A stretch of DNA of 64,000 nt from Podarcis gaigeae (taxonomy: Eukaryota). A program made the translations under genes and the position numbers. Numbering within the stretch: position 1 is the first letter of the stretch; each line of letters begins with the position of its first letter. The stretch lies in assembly GCA_964106915.2 (NCBI GenBank), contig OZ066925.1; one strand, written 5' to 3'. Positions 38,581 through 52,441 of the stretch are shown in pieces. The notes below the pieces were generated by a model, which ran no database searches, had not been told where the DNA came from, and saw only the letters and a list, made by a program, of their open reading frames with translations.

Positions 38581-38748
38581 GTTTATTCGTGTGATAAAAC
38601 AGGTCAGATGTGGAAACAGCGTTCAATAATCTATTGTTTAGATTATGCATGTTTTTACTTCATTAGCTTCAAATGAGGATGATAAAAAAAACTTTAGCGG
38701 GCTATTTGTTCTCTAGGTCTTTTGCTCTGTTTCAGAAATAAAAGCAGG

Positions 38749-38753
<5 letters not shown>

Positions 38754-38784
<31 letters not shown>
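38754..38784. repeat. (TG)n microsatellite
   Basis: Seen directly. Confidence 0.95.
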
Positions 38785-38788
<4 letters not shown>

Positions 38789-38789
38789 T

Positions 38790-39038
38790 CAGTGGTACCT
38801 TGGTTTACAAACTTAATCTGTTCTGGAAGTCTGTTCTTAAACCAAAACGTTCTTATACCAAGGTGTGCTTTCCCATAGCAGCAGGGACTCAATTTACAAA
38901 TGAAACGCTCAACCGGAAGCAGAACATGTTGTGCTTCCAAGGCAAAGTTCACAAACCAAAACACCTCCTTCTGGATTTGCAGCATTCTTAATGCAAGTTG
39001 TTCATAAACTAAGCTGTTCTTAAACCAAGGTACCACTG
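38790..39038. mobile_element. Tc1/mariner-type MITE
   Basis: TIRs CAGTGGTACCTTGGTTTA / TAAACCAAGGTACCACTG; followed by (TA)n. Confidence 0.88.
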
Positions 39039-39154
39039 TATATATATATAATCTCAAAGCAAAAAAAAAAATGTAATAGACTCTCACATAGAAGTAAAAA
39101 GAACTGGATTGTGTGAATCATCTCTGTATAATGCTACGTTTGGGGAGTCTTTAA

Positions 39155-39328
<174 letters not shown>

Positions 39329-39854
39329 TAACTGCATGCTGATTTGCATTGCTTTGTAGAAACAAATAAGATACTTTAGGAGGGTTAAGAGCTGAAATGT
39401 GAAATCTATGTTATACCGGCCACCTTGGGACTGAACTGCTAGTAGAAGGGAAAGTATGGACCTGGGTGCTAAAAGACTAGCTGCTTACCACTTTAACTAT
39501 GAAAACAGATTTATTTTTGCTAAATTATTCTAACTTGAGAACTTTTACCTGCTTGTTCAGAACTGGATTCTCATTCACATACATTCCTATATAATGGAAC
39601 TAGAATACATGACCAACATGACTGATACTTAAGGAAATACTATGGAGGATCTTTCTGAATGAACGATTGTAAATTACTCTGCACAATTAAAATGCTATAT
39701 AAATTATGCTTAATAGCAGTAGCTCTGGGGGATGAGGGAGAAAAATATAGAGAAGTGCCAGATGGAAACTGGAGAGTGCCAGGTGACTTGCTTTACTCAA
39801 AGTAAATAAATTTTGAAACAAGTTGCTCATAACTTAGCATTTTCTTCTCTCCAG

Positions 39855-39998
39855 ACAGTAAAGCATTTAAGGACATTAGAATTTAAACCGTTTGTCATCT
39901 TTATAAAACCTCCTTCAATTGAGCGTTTGCGAGAAACGAGAAAAAATGCCAAGATAATTTCAAGCAAGGATGAAAAAGGTGCTGCCAAGCCTTTTCAA
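39855..39998 (+). CDS. MPP7: MPP7 exon (GK) [21 protein letters not shown]...GAAKPFQ
   Basis: ctctccag acceptor, gtaagt donor, 144 nt. Confidence 0.97.
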
Positions 39999-40279
39999 GT
40001 AAGTAACTTCTGCGTTCCTGCAAATATGACAAGGTGCCAGGGGGGCTGTGTCTGTCAGTGAAGGTGACTACACACCCTTGTTCACCGTGCACATAATATT
40101 TTTTCAGCATAACTTTTTTTTTAAAGTATTGGAAACAGAATCAGAGAGGCCGATCACTTCCAGAACCAACACCACCGCCTCCCTCTCTCTTCTCCCTTCA
40201 TTTCATGTTCTTATTGCCTGTCCTTTAGGCAGTGACAGAAACAGTGTCACACCTAACATGTTAGGGATGGAGGTAGTTA

Positions 40280-40450
40280 CCGTATTTTTCCGTGTATAAG
40301 ACTAGATTTCTTTTAACAACAACAAAAAAGGTTTAAAATTGGAGCTCATCTTATAAACGGGTAGTGCTAAGGGGTGTTTTCTTAATTTGGAGTCCCCCCT
40401 AAATAGGGGTGTCTTATACATGGGGGCGTCTTATACACAGGAAAATACGA
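40280..40450. mobile_element. Tc1/mariner-type MITE (CCGTATTTTT family)
   Basis: TIRs CCGTATTTTTCCGTGTATAAGAC / GTCTTATACACAGGAAAATACGA; TA flanks. Confidence 0.88.
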
Positions 40451-41438
40451 TATGTCCCCTCCCAGCATTCTTTTCAGCTGCCACTGCAAGATGAGTGAGT
40501 CACAAGTCTGGCCAATTATAATTGTATCAGGTTTCTGTAGATTCAGCTCTAGTTTCACTCCAGATATGCACCTAAACTATAGGAATAAGTATGGGTGACA
40601 AGGAAAGGCAAAGGTGGTTTAATAAACGTATTGATGCTCAGGCTCCGTGTCCGGCAATATCATGTGAACGCAAGCAAGAATGTCTCTCAGGATTGAATCC
40701 TGTGGAGGTTGTTGGAAAGGAGTTTGTGTAACAGTGTGAATGCCTAGCAAGGATGTAAACTGTGGATATTGTCAGTTTGTTTCTGACAAAATTGTTGTAA
40801 TTTTTTTTTTAAAAAATACATGAATTTGGAATAAGGCTAGTGAGACTTCACAAGACTATTAAATACATAAACAGTTTCTTAATTTGTAAAAGTATAACAC
40901 AGTCCTGGGGACATGCTCTTCTTAGGATTTTCTGTCTTAATTTTATGTAGTTACATTCTATGTTTCCAAAAACATGAGCAAAAACCTACTGAATGAGCCC
41001 TAGTAAGACCCAGGAATCTGAAAGGAACGATTCTTTTGGATTTTTACCAAACTTTCAAAAATACAGACTGTGTTCTAGTAAATCCCTTGCTAATAGCAGG
41101 CAGAGTCTTAGGTAATGTAGTTGGTCAGTACATCATTAATGTAAATAGTTTAAAATCATTTTTCCAATGCTTTTTCTAGCACAGAGACATTTCTTTAATT
41201 ATCAGTTAGTGACTAATAATGGTGATATGTGGATAAAGAGGAAGGATTTGTAAATTACTGGGCAAAATAGAGTTTTTAAAACAATAACAAAATAGTTTGA
41301 AACGAAGACTTGTGTGAATTTTGTAATAAAGAACATACAATTTTTATTCACTGTTTTATGAACTATTAGCTAAGCATAGGCTTTGATCCAAAATCCTGGT
41401 ATGCTAGCATGTCTACTTATGCAGGAGGGGCACAGATC

Positions 41439-41465
41439 CACACACACACACACACACACACACAC
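41439..41465. repeat. (CA)n microsatellite
   Basis: Seen directly. Confidence 0.95.
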
Positions 41466-41684
41466 CCTGGTGGCTGCTGAGGGTCAGGGGACTCTTCAGA
41501 ATAGTTTTGCGGGGGGATTCAGGAAATTGGCAGCTTCCCCCAGCACAAATGGAAATGCCTTCTACTCACACAGCAAGATCATTGGAACCAAGCCATAAAA
41601 CCTGATTCCTTATTAACTCCGAGTTCGGCAGATTTGTAACTTGTTTTGCTTTTCCTTTTGAATGACTACTTCTCTTTCTTTTAG

Positions 41685-41864
41685 GAGGAAGACTTTCAAG
41701 AAATGCTTAAATCAGCACAAATTATGGAAAGCCAATACAGCCACCTTTTTGACAAAGTTATAGTAAATGATGATCTTACTACAGCTTACAATGAGCTGAA
41801 AACAACCTTTGACAGACTGGAGCGAGACACCTTTTGGGTTCCAGTCAGTTGGGTGCATTCATAA
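41685..41864 (+). CDS. MPP7: MPP7 last coding exon [12 protein letters not shown]...WVPVSWVHS*
   Basis: ttttag acceptor, 180 nt ending in TAA at 41862-41864; MAGUK C-terminal WVP motif. Confidence 0.97.
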   Translation, partial: EEDFQEMLKSAQIMESQYSHLFDKVIVNDDLTTAYNELKTTFDRLERDTFWVPVSWVHS

Positions 41865-44320
41865 CACTAAACAAATAAAATGTTTCATAATATTTTAATA
41901 AGGTACTCAGTTGGATCTAAATGGACATTTTGTTGGTGGGAAGCTTTTCGAGCTTTGGCAAACTGGTGCATTTACAAACTTGGTGCAGTGGAATGTTGAT
42001 CTTATTTTTCTGTGTGTAAACCTTCCTGTTTGGAATAGGGGTTCGGAGGCAGAATATCACAGTGAAGCCTTATTTTTTACCAGATTCAATTTCACTGGTT
42101 TTTGAAGTGAATCTTCAGCTATTATGATACCACATTTCATCAATCCAGTATGAGATATCCTTTAAGCTGAGCATTGATATTAAAAAGTCTTAAGGTCTGA
42201 TATCAGTGTTTAAGTGGCTTCCAATTTTGCTACTTCCAGACCTGGATAATAGTTAGCACTTGAAATTTTTAAAACTGGGGATGCAAAAGTGGCTACTACT
42301 TCTTTAACTAAAATACAAATATTTGAACTTGCTTACGCTCAATCCGAATTTTGTGTGTGTGCTGAGTATTGTCTTCCACATCCAGACTGACTTTTACCAC
42401 AACAGCAAATTTTATTTATGTTGGTGGAAAAAACATTCTTGGATCTTTTCAATAAGCAATAATATTGCTCTGCATCTTGAGTATTTGTAGATTACCCTTG
42501 GGGAATATTCAAAGCAGTGCATCAAAGCTTAGATTGGGGTAATTCTAACAAAGATAACAGGGTGGAGGGTTAGTCTTTGGGAAAGAGACAGTTGGGTAAA
42601 TGGATTTTATTTATATAAGTGCTTCATTGTTTTAATTATAAACCTTTCTAAAACAGCCTTTGAGAAAACCCAGAACCTATTTTTTTATTTGAAAATTTGT
42701 AATTAAAACTAGTGGATCATTCTCATTTTACACTGACCCAGAGCTGTGTTTTCTGGAATGGAGAAAGTATTTTTTTGCTTCTTCTTGATTTCCTCTTGAC
42801 ACAAAGTTTATTAGTAGATGAAAAGAGAAATACTTGTTGTGTTCAAGCGAATTTGCCTTTCCAATTTATACGTGACAGTGATGTATCAGAGACTTAGTAT
42901 GCAAACAGGAAGTCCAGTTATTTTATGTTAATGTATAAATGGGTTAGCTGTCTTATTTAAAGGCAAAAGAATTTAGTGAGACTATATATATTTATGAAAA
43001 GGGGTGAGAAGGGATATATTAATTTTTTGCATTTCTTGTCAATGTGATCATTTATTAAACAGATCCCTAGGTGTCTGTGATTTGAAACACTGGCTTTATA
43101 AACTTAACATTCCATGTAAATGTTTTAGTTTCGATACAGATAAACCACCAGGTCTTTGCAAATGTAGTCTAAATAGATGGTTGGTTTTTTGGTTCATTGC
43201 ATTCATGTTTTAAAATTGTGTAATACAAGGGAAGTGCCAACAACCAAAATATCATCTTTTGGAAACATTTGTGCTAGAGTGACGCATGTAGCCTGGCCCT
43301 GAACATCCATCATGTAATGTTGAGTGTCTCAGGTTTTACTGTTTTTGGTGATCTATGGTTGTACTTCAGCACCAATTAATTGCATGAAAAATACTGAACT
43401 GGATCCCCTCCCTCCCGGCTGTGTTTCAGTACTGCTTTAAATAAATCACCGTGGTTGTTTGTTTGGCAGGCATTATGTGTCTTTGACATTCAGTGCGTAC
43501 TGCAAGAGCCAGTGCCAAGAATGCTGGGTATCAATATCTACATTTTGTATATGAGAGGATCAAAACACTTGTTTAGAAATACATTTGTCCTGTTTGTCAG
43601 TTACAGTTTGTGAGACTATTCTTACCATAGATTTTTCTTGAAAACAAGGGGAAATTGGGCATATAGGTTTCCAATGTTGTGACATCCCAGAATGCTATTT
43701 GGGAGGAAACTCTCCTTTTCATCCTGATTGTCGCTCCAAAGACAGCATTTCGGCACTGTGCTCTTACTGGCAATAATTGAGACTATTAATCTTTGTAAGC
43801 TTCCCATGTTCTTTTTGTCAAGAGAGAATTTACTATCCTTTGAGTTTACTAGCTTTGAAGCAGCAACTGAGTCTGCAGTGACCTTGGACACCTTTGTTTT
43901 AATAAGAACATGATCCAAAAAGCTCTGGAGTTTTGCATAAGTAGGAGCTGCCTGTCCTCTCTAATGCTGCGGCATGTTCTATGTGTGCACACTGAAACTG
44001 TGTGGAGCCTTGGATCATACACATAGCATGGGTATAGTTCAGAAAAACTTAAGTCAATTTTTGGCTCAAAGTGAAACTGACTTATTTCAGCCTTTTAAAA
44101 TTGTACTGCATGGGTTTGAGTACAATGGTTTCATGGTTTTAAATATAAATATCCTTATTGTATTTTTGCTGTTTTGTCATTGTAAAGCAAATGTTAAAAG
44201 TTTTTATACTATTGGATTCAGAGCAATACTTGAAGTTGTCATCAGTTCACTTACAGATGATGTGCCTGAATTGCAACTTTATCAATCTTAAATCAATAAA
44301 TTATTGACAAAATGTACTGT
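41865..44320 (+). other. MPP7: MPP7 3' UTR (approximate end)
   Basis: AU-rich stretch after the stop with no recognised TE, ending in a U-rich block and AATAAA. Confidence 0.55.
44295..44300 (+). terminator. Putative distal polyadenylation signal AATAAA
   Basis: AATAAA with upstream UGUA/U-rich sequence and downstream GT/T-rich sequence. Confidence 0.55.
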
Positions 44321-46356
44321 GGGAAAGCTTCTTTTTTAAAAAATAAGGAACCCAAATCTACCAATTGAATTGTGCTTGCAATATCTGTTACCATTATCAC
44401 ATTCAAACAAGTAGCATAACTGAACGAACTAACTTAACAAGCTAACTTAAGCCATGATTTTGCTGTAGAAAACAATTATTTTGTTGAAGCATACTGGTCA
44501 ATGCAGCAGAGCCATTTCTGAAATGCCTGGGGCCTGTACCCCAGCATATGTTTTTATGTTTAGGACCCAAATATTTAACTTGTCCAGAGATTTAAGATTT
44601 TCTTCTTTGTCCTGTAATTGCCTGCATCTGCACACAGAGCAAATATTAAGAATACAAATGACCCCTAATTCAGATGTGACTGTGTAAACAAATTGCACAA
44701 GGTTCTGCCCTCATTTTACAAGTGATGACAAAAATAATGACAAAATAAAAGCAACATATTACAACATGTGAGTTTAACAGCAAACCAGCAAGTTTCTCCT
44801 TGCATAGTGCATATTCTGGGGAGCTTTTCATAATAATGGTGTCACCACACACCCTATGATGGTATATTCACAATCAGCTCTAAACATCTGCACCTTAGAA
44901 GCCTTCACTTGATTTAGAGTAGACTTTCCTTCTGGAAAACCTCCAGGAGTTTAAAGATGAACCTTAAAGTCCATTTTTTCTCTACCACTTCCTGAAAGCC
45001 CATAGCTTGTCTTGCATGCATTGGATTCATGCGCCATTGGTGCAAAGTATTTCTCCTTGTTGCATGCTACTGTGCTTTGAATAATTTGAATTGCATACTT
45101 GAATAAGTTGATTAATCGGCTAAAGATAGAAAAATTAAAAGCAGATTTTCATAATTAAGGCAGCAATGTCTATGTTCTAATGTGGAGAGAGCCTTGAAAT
45201 TAATTGACAATCTTTGAATATATTTTCCTTTACAATAAGGTGTCTAGAGATTCTAAAATAGGTGACAGTTTTGTGATTTCTTTTTTAAAAACAAGAACAA
45301 CAATTTTTATTGGTTTTTAAACAAATACAATAATTATTTCTGTCATCCTAGAAGGGGACATAAAATGTATTTGGATAACTGACTAAAACTGGGTACATGT
45401 TGATAATGATCACATTTTTTTGTGAAGGTGTTTAGTTAAGTCAGCATGTTGACTTCTTAGGATAGATTTACTGAGCTAATCCACATACGTTTTTAAAAAA
45501 AATTGCGACATAGAAACAAAACTTTTACTATGTCACAATGACTCTGACTTAACAAGTGTGTTACTTCAAGTAAATACTTTACTGCTTAGTCAATTGCATG
45601 CATGTGGGCACCCACAAAACTTTTTTCCAACTGCAGTTAGGACTGTAGATATTTTTGTTTCCTTGGAAAAGCATGCCTACAAGAGTTCCTTTCTTGCCTA
45701 ATTGAATGAGTGTAGCATTTTCCTGTGCAGTGTAGCAGTGAAGTTATAGGTGGAGAAAGATATATGTTCTACACAAGTGGAACATTCACACATCTCGGGA
45801 AACTTAGAACTCTGTATTTCCAAACATTGCCTTTCCTTATGTTGCTGGAGCTGGGAGTCTGATGGAAGCCAGATTAACAAACTCTTTACAAACTCAGGTT
45901 TAGATTATACCACCCCCACCCCCCAAGAGATTAATGCAATTGTTCAACTAAAAAGGTTTCTTTGCCCACTTGGTAATACTTTATGTAGGCCAGATACAAA
46001 GGAATGTGAACCTGCCAAGAATTGAAATTCTTTTGCCTGTGTGATAGCCAAGCTACCAGCATGCTAATTTTTACTCACACAAAAGGGATAAAGGACTCCA
46101 AGAGACACCAAATTATCTTTTATTTTCCTGCCCAGGTTGAGCTGGTCTGACATGAGTAAGAAATAGATGGTAGTGTTTACACCATATTCATGAGAACTAG
46201 TATCTTTGGAGATGCCCTGGAATCTTCAGATGAATATATAAATTTAATAAATAATAACACCAATAATGTTATTAGTATGAGGCCACTCATATCATGAAAC
46301 TCACTGGGTGACCTTTAGCCATTATTAGGTAAGGTAAACAAAAACAAAAAAAACCA

Positions 46357-46456
46357 AAGGTAAAGGACCCCTGTATGGTTAAGTTCAGTCAAAGGTGACT
46401 GGACCCCAGAGTCGTCCACGACTGGACCTAATGGTCAGGAGTCCCTTTACCTTTAC
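46357..46456. mobile_element. Two Sauria SINE 3' ends joined back to back
   Basis: AAGGTAAAGGACCCCTG... (minus) fused to ...CCCCAGAGTCG...GGTCAGGAGTCCCTTTACCTTTAC (plus). Confidence 0.8.
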
Positions 46457-47159
46457 AGGCAGTGAAAGGTGGGATATCAAGTCCAAACTCCTCTTCTTTT
46501 TCTTCTTCTACAATATGAGGAAGAGCCTTATATACTGCCATGAGGGACTTGGAGAAGGGCCAAGGCATAAATCTAATAAGCAAATGACCTTCAGGTCCAC
46601 TTCTGACATCTAACTCAGAGAGATGGTTGGTCCTGGATGCTTTGGAAGACCTTGAAAGTGCAGATAAACCATTCTGCCAGTAGAGGATGATGCATCCAAA
46701 TCAAATTCTGTGTGTGTTCATATTTAATTGCTTTATATGTATCTCTAACACCCAAATGGAGCTCTTTCCTAGTCTGGATCTCTTTTGGAATTGTTCTTAC
46801 ATGTTTTTAGCTGTTTTGTTTTACCTTTGGCCTATTTGCTGCCCCAGGTCCCTTCATCTACCTGGCGAGGCTACGGATTGGATCCTTGGGCTTTTGCATG
46901 CAAAGCAGGTGCTCTTTAGTCAATGACCTTTGGGCTGTTTTTTGTTTCACGTATTTTAGTTTTCAAAAAGAAATATAAGTTATGTTAAAAATAAAAAACT
47001 GGCTATTTTCAAAGAGTTTATTCTGTGGCCTTATCACCAACCAGTTAGGAGGCAAAAAATGAAATGAAATGCTTCAATTTTTAAATTTAGCTTCAGAATC
47101 CTTGCATTTTAGAACACATTCTAACTCGAATAGAATGACGTTTTGAAATTACATGTAGC

Positions 47160-47306
47160 CAGTGTTATTTTTCTTTAAAAATGGGTTTAGGGGTACTCTC
47201 ATTTTCCTACTCATATTGAAATACTGCCCCTCAATGAGGCCAAACTTAGATTCACAAAATGTTTAGGGGTATGCATACCCCTGTGTCCCCCATGAAAAAA
47301 ACACTG
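47160..47306. mobile_element. hAT MITE, 147 bp
   Basis: TIRs CAGTGTTATTTTTC / GAAAAAAACACTG; perfect 8-bp TSD CATGTAGC (47152-47159, 47307-47314). Confidence 0.92.
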
Positions 47307-48751
47307 CATGTAGCTGCTTAGTGTGGTGTATATGTATTGGGGGGGGGGAGGGAAGACAAAGCAGGCCAGGCTGATTTTATGGGCTTTCCCACCCATGCTT
47401 TCAAATAAAACACAATTTTTCTTCCCTTTTTTTTTTAAAGATTACTTCTCCTACTGTACCTCTCAATTTGTTTGCTTGTTACTTACACTTCTCTAAACCC
47501 AGCCCTTTATTGTATTCTAGTTTAAAAACCACCTGGATATTCTTTTTCTTTGTTAAATTCCCCCTAAGCCTCTTTTATATGCTTGTCTGATGTATAAGAC
47601 AGACTCCTGCGACATGAAAGCTTCAGAACTCTTGTGCAGCTGGCAAGTTTTTCATTTTTATTTTTGTTAAAAAATGCAGTTCTTCTATATAAGTGTAGAT
47701 ATTAACTCTGAGTAAAATGGCCGTTGTCCTAAATGTTAGCAATCTGCTTTTTTCAAATGTGGCATTAACAGTTTCAGTGGCATGCTTACACCTGTAAGCT
47801 TGTTATATCACACCTTGTTATATTGAAGAACAGCAGAGTGTAGCAGACACATGTAGGCATAAGACGGGAGAAGGAACGTGAAGGTGGCCTTGTAAATCTT
47901 TGGTATTGGAGTGTGGTGTGATCGCTTCAAAGAACAGCAGATGAAAAGATCATCAGGTGTTCTTTAGATATTTATGTCAATATTTTATACTGGATTCTTT
48001 AAAAATGTGAAACCCTTAAAACACACAGTTATGGCTAGCAAATGTTAAGAAGGGAAAACTCTTCTTTAAGATATCAAACTTCAGCTGAGACCAATATTTT
48101 TTCCTTCTTGAACACTGGTGGCTTTTCCCACTCTTGGCGTTGCAAATGATGAGAAGGCTTTAATCTGGGAAACTAACTGCTGAAAACTGACATCTCCTTC
48201 AGGCTGGTGCTTTTATTGCAGTGGTTTATTCTGCAACATGTTCTTAACACAATAATCTGCTTCAGTTTGGGCTCACCCACACTTCCACTTGCCGTGTGAT
48301 TTCTAGGCGCAGGTCTGAGACGTTTTTCTTTTGTCCCATTACTTTCCTTGAGAAAACCCACTGCTTACTGCTGAATTGGAGCAAATGTCAATCTGCAGAA
48401 AACCCAATTGACATTTCTTCCAACTCAGCAGTATACAAGACAAAGAAAGCAGCAAGGCAGAAGAGAGGGGAAAAACACGCTTGAACCCATAACTAGAAAT
48501 CGCAGGACAAATGTGGACGAGCCCTTTGTTTTGTGATGTTTCCCCAATGCTACTGCATTATTGCTCTCTCGAAGGGCTATAGTTCAAAGAAAGCAGGGCA
48601 AAACTAAATGAGAGCATTTGTGGTGTTAAAAAGTCATGGGCTTTCAGCAGGAAGTTCTGGGATATACACTGGTTGGAAGGGAAGCAATGTGCCTGCCCCA
48701 AAACTTACAGACATAAACAGAATTGGAAGCAGGCTCTACCTGTGACCATCC

Positions 48752-48797
<46 letters not shown>

Positions 48798-48837
48798 TTT
48801 TATTTATACCCCGCCCTCCCCAGCCAAGGCTGGGCTC
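48752..48837 (-). repeat. (AAT)n microsatellite attached to a short retroelement 3' end
   Basis: About 15 AAT units followed by TTTATTTATACCCCGCCC. Confidence 0.8.
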
Positions 48838-50479
48838 AATAGCATCAAATCATCATGAATCTGCAATAAACAGAATATATGGAGAGGCCAACAGTCTCCT
48901 TTAAATGCAGGATTTCTTACCAATGGTCCCTTCCTATAGTATTCCCCCTAGGAGGGAGAGAGGAAGGGGGTGCATCCCCACTTATCTTTTCTTCCTTCTC
49001 CTGAGTTAGCTTTCTGCTTTAAAAAGGAACACTGGCTTGATGTTACCTGTAGAAGAAGTTTGTGGCATCTAGTTTAGTCTTAAGGCTTTGTACCATACAA
49101 GTGTCTGTCAAAGAATAAACCAACTGTCCTTCTTAGGGAGCAGTTGCCTCTGATGGAGTTAAAGGACAGTGAGAAGAGCCATTTCCTATCCCACATCTTG
49201 GTCCTAATGCAAGATGGCAGCTCTGGCCCAGCAGTTTTGTAATGTTCCCTTAAAAAGTGAGAGGGGGGGAGCATTTTCACAAATCTAAGAGACCACCATC
49301 TGACAATACCCCCAAAATAACATAGCACATGCTTTCTGAATATCCACAGCAAGGCTGACATAATTCTGGCCCAAGGCAGGCTTCTCCTCGCTGTATCGGT
49401 GTCACTGTTTAAAAATAGGTCTCTTTTGTCATCTGTGGCACTGGTGGCCAGGTTGAGTCATGATTGATGTCACCAGAAAGAACACTCTGAGCCTGCAAAA
49501 CTGACAGCAGGCTCCTCTGAACGCAGTAAGATTTACACAGCTCTTAGAAGTTGTGTCTGGATCTGCGTCTTGTTGTAAATCCTAAAAGCTACTTTGTGGA
49601 CGAGGGACAATATGCTGTCAGAACAGGAAGGCACGCTTCACCCAGAGTAGAATTGCAAATGTCCAGGCTCCTTTTGAACAAAGCATTAAACAAAGATATT
49701 TCCTCCATACTCACAGACATTTTCTCTTTTGAAGCTAAGGCTGGCTACTTATGCGTGACCAAAAAAGTAGAGGGAAAACATCTCTGCATAAAAATGTCAA
49801 TGGATGTGTGCAATTGCAGATTTAGAAATAATTGGTAGAATTTACATACCATTTTCTATACCATACATCTCACCATAGTGGGGAAGACTGGGGCCAGCTG
49901 GCCTGTGTGCCTACTCAGTCTGGCACCTCAAGGCCCCGCTCTCTCTTCTTAAGAGTTATTTATCTTCAAAGCTGTCATAGACTGGGGAGCCCTGCAAGCA
50001 GTGGGTTCCTTCAAACAGCAGAATGTCCCATGAAAGCCCTTCAAACAGAGGACTGCCCTTTGGAAAATAGGAGGCATGGTCATCCTATTCAAAGGTAGAA
50101 TTACATATTAGCTGGCTAAAAGGTTATCCCTTGAGCCTTTTGACGCTGCTCATTCCATCAATTCCTATCCCCCTTACCCTTGACATAAAGTAAATCAAAT
50201 GACTGTATTCTCGGGCAAATGATTATGCACAAGATCATTTAACTGCTGGATGAATATTTCTCATAATGTGACCCTTTCTCATAGCTCCTTAATGGAAGCA
50301 TCAAGATCATCGTTGGGAAATTTGACTGGCACTGAATTCATGTATTATTACTTTTTAAAGCAATTGATTGAGAGCATTTTTAAAAAAACATTTCATATGA
50401 GCATACAACACAAAGTAAAGTGGTATAGAATGTGTAGAATGGACTTGCCCCACTTCAGCCATAAGTTGGGAAAGATATA

Positions 50480-50743
50480 GAGTGGTACATCGGTTTTCGA
50501 ACTTAATCCGTTCCGGAAGACCGTTCGACTTCTGAAACATTCGAAAACTGAGGCACAATGGGCAGTTGGCAAATTCAATTAGAAAATAGAGAAATGTGCC
50601 TTGGAAGTCGAACGGCTTCCGAGGCACATTCAAAAACGGAAGCATTTACTTCTGGGTTTTCGGCATTTGAAAACCGAAACGTTCGGCAATGGAGACATCC
50701 GAAAACATATATATACACATATATACAGTATTATATAACACTG
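50480..50743. mobile_element. Tc1/mariner-type MITE, same family as 3410-3641 in the opposite orientation
   Basis: GAGTGGTACATCGGTTTTCGAAC...; shared internal GTGCCTTGGAAGTC; right TIR interrupted by an AT-rich insert. Confidence 0.8.
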
Positions 50744-51728
50744 TATGTAATATTTTTAATGCCACCTGTTATTTAATTTCAGAGATTTCCCAGGCAGCAG
50801 GCTGAGCTATAATCTTTCTCCCTGAAGGGTGAGCTGTTTCACTTGCAGGAACATTTTGTGGAGAAATATTGAAAATGCCTCCCCTCTCCCGCCCTGCCCA
50901 CCACAAAATGCTGCCAGTAGTGTCACAGTCCACTCAGACTCCCTCATTCTGCTGCAGGCCTAAGCCAGCACCTCATTTTCAGAACCATATCAGTAAGAGC
51001 GGCAGGGGGAGGAGAGACCCAGTGCTGTGGAAAAGATGGCTTTATGTAGTGGGAGCAAGAGAGGTGAGACTGAGAGAATGGAAAATCCCAGGTGAGGAGT
51101 GGGTAAGGGTGGGATTACGCGATGGCTGCCTAAAGTCCTAGACTTCCCAGTTCCTGAAGATGTGTCTGACTGTTCTGCCATATGTTGTTATTAGTGCTAC
51201 AGTCAGATGACAAAGGGCAGGTTGTGACTGAAAGTGTATTCAGAGGCACACACAGAAAGAAGAAGCCAAAAAACAGCTAATCATAAAAATGGTAAATATG
51301 TGGAACAGTTTGCCATGCACAGCTGTAATACCGCAAGCTCTCTGAGTGATGCCAAGCTTTCGAAATTAGCAAGATCCCCAACCTTCATTTCATTTGAAGA
51401 TGGAAAATATTAACAAATTTATTACATTTGTTTAGCATTCATGTTTCCTTTATTGCTTGCTGAAGGTATTGCCAAGCCATTATTTATTTGATGTAGAAAT
51501 AGCTTCCCATAAAGCACAAATAAACAATAAAAACCGAATAAAAAAGCAACAACAAGTACAGCACAGATACAGACTGGGATAAAAATCTACACTTACTTAA
51601 CTAAGCAGTTAACTTCCTCCTGTACCACCTTCACAAACAGATCTTTCTGTCTTTATCTGATGCAATAGGCATCAGGTGTCACGATTTTAGATTGTGTTAC
51701 TGTCCTCAAAACAAGAATACATTTATGA

Positions 51729-52345
51729 TCTTCTTCTTCTTCAAAACTTTATTAGCAAAGCCAACAGGCCACAGCTATACAAGAATTAAAAATAGAAATA
51801 AGGATAAAAGGGAGAAAAGAACAAGCAAAAGGAGGTCCGTCAGATGAACAAGTCTGTCACTCAGATGGTGGCCCTCAATTTCATAGCTCTTTCGATGTAC
51901 CTCGCGACCTTCTCTGTTATCTGACTATCCGTATCAGATAAGAGGAAATACAGTGTGATGTCTGGTGAACGGCCGGGGTTGGAGAGAATGAGTGGAGTAA
52001 TAATCTCATTCCTTAGGTCTTTGTAAAGGGGGCAGGATAGGAAGACGTGGGACACTGTTTCCGTGTTACCATCTCCACATGGGCAGAGTCGTTTTTCAAA
52101 TGGAGTCTTTTGGTAGCGACCTTCGAGTACGGCCGAGGGGAGAACATCCCATCTAGCCAATGTAAAGGCACGTCTGTATTTTGGGATGGTTAATTTAAAC
52201 AAATATGAAGCTGGAGAGTCAAAATGAGAAGGGGGAAAGTAGGTATACCATGGGCACAGTTTCTTTAAGATAGTCAGGTTGTTTTGCCGTTCAATGTCTT
52301 TCAGGCGCTGGCCTATTAGACTCTTTGCTTTAATGAGGCCCATTG
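51729..52345 (-). mobile_element. 5'-truncated LINE with intact C-terminal zinc-knuckle ORF segment (RTE-X-like; clade uncertain)
   Basis: ORF 51861..52343 RRAFTLARW...EGRY...RLCPC...E...H.FLSCPLY; minus-strand tail AATAAA followed by (GAA)n. Confidence 0.82.
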
Positions 52346-52439
52346 ATAGTATGTATGAACAGTTCCTTCAAATACTTGAAAAATCAGCAGGGGATGCAGG
52401 GAAATAAGAAGTAACAGCAAGAATGTTTGTGTATATCCA

Positions 52440-52441
<2 letters not shown>

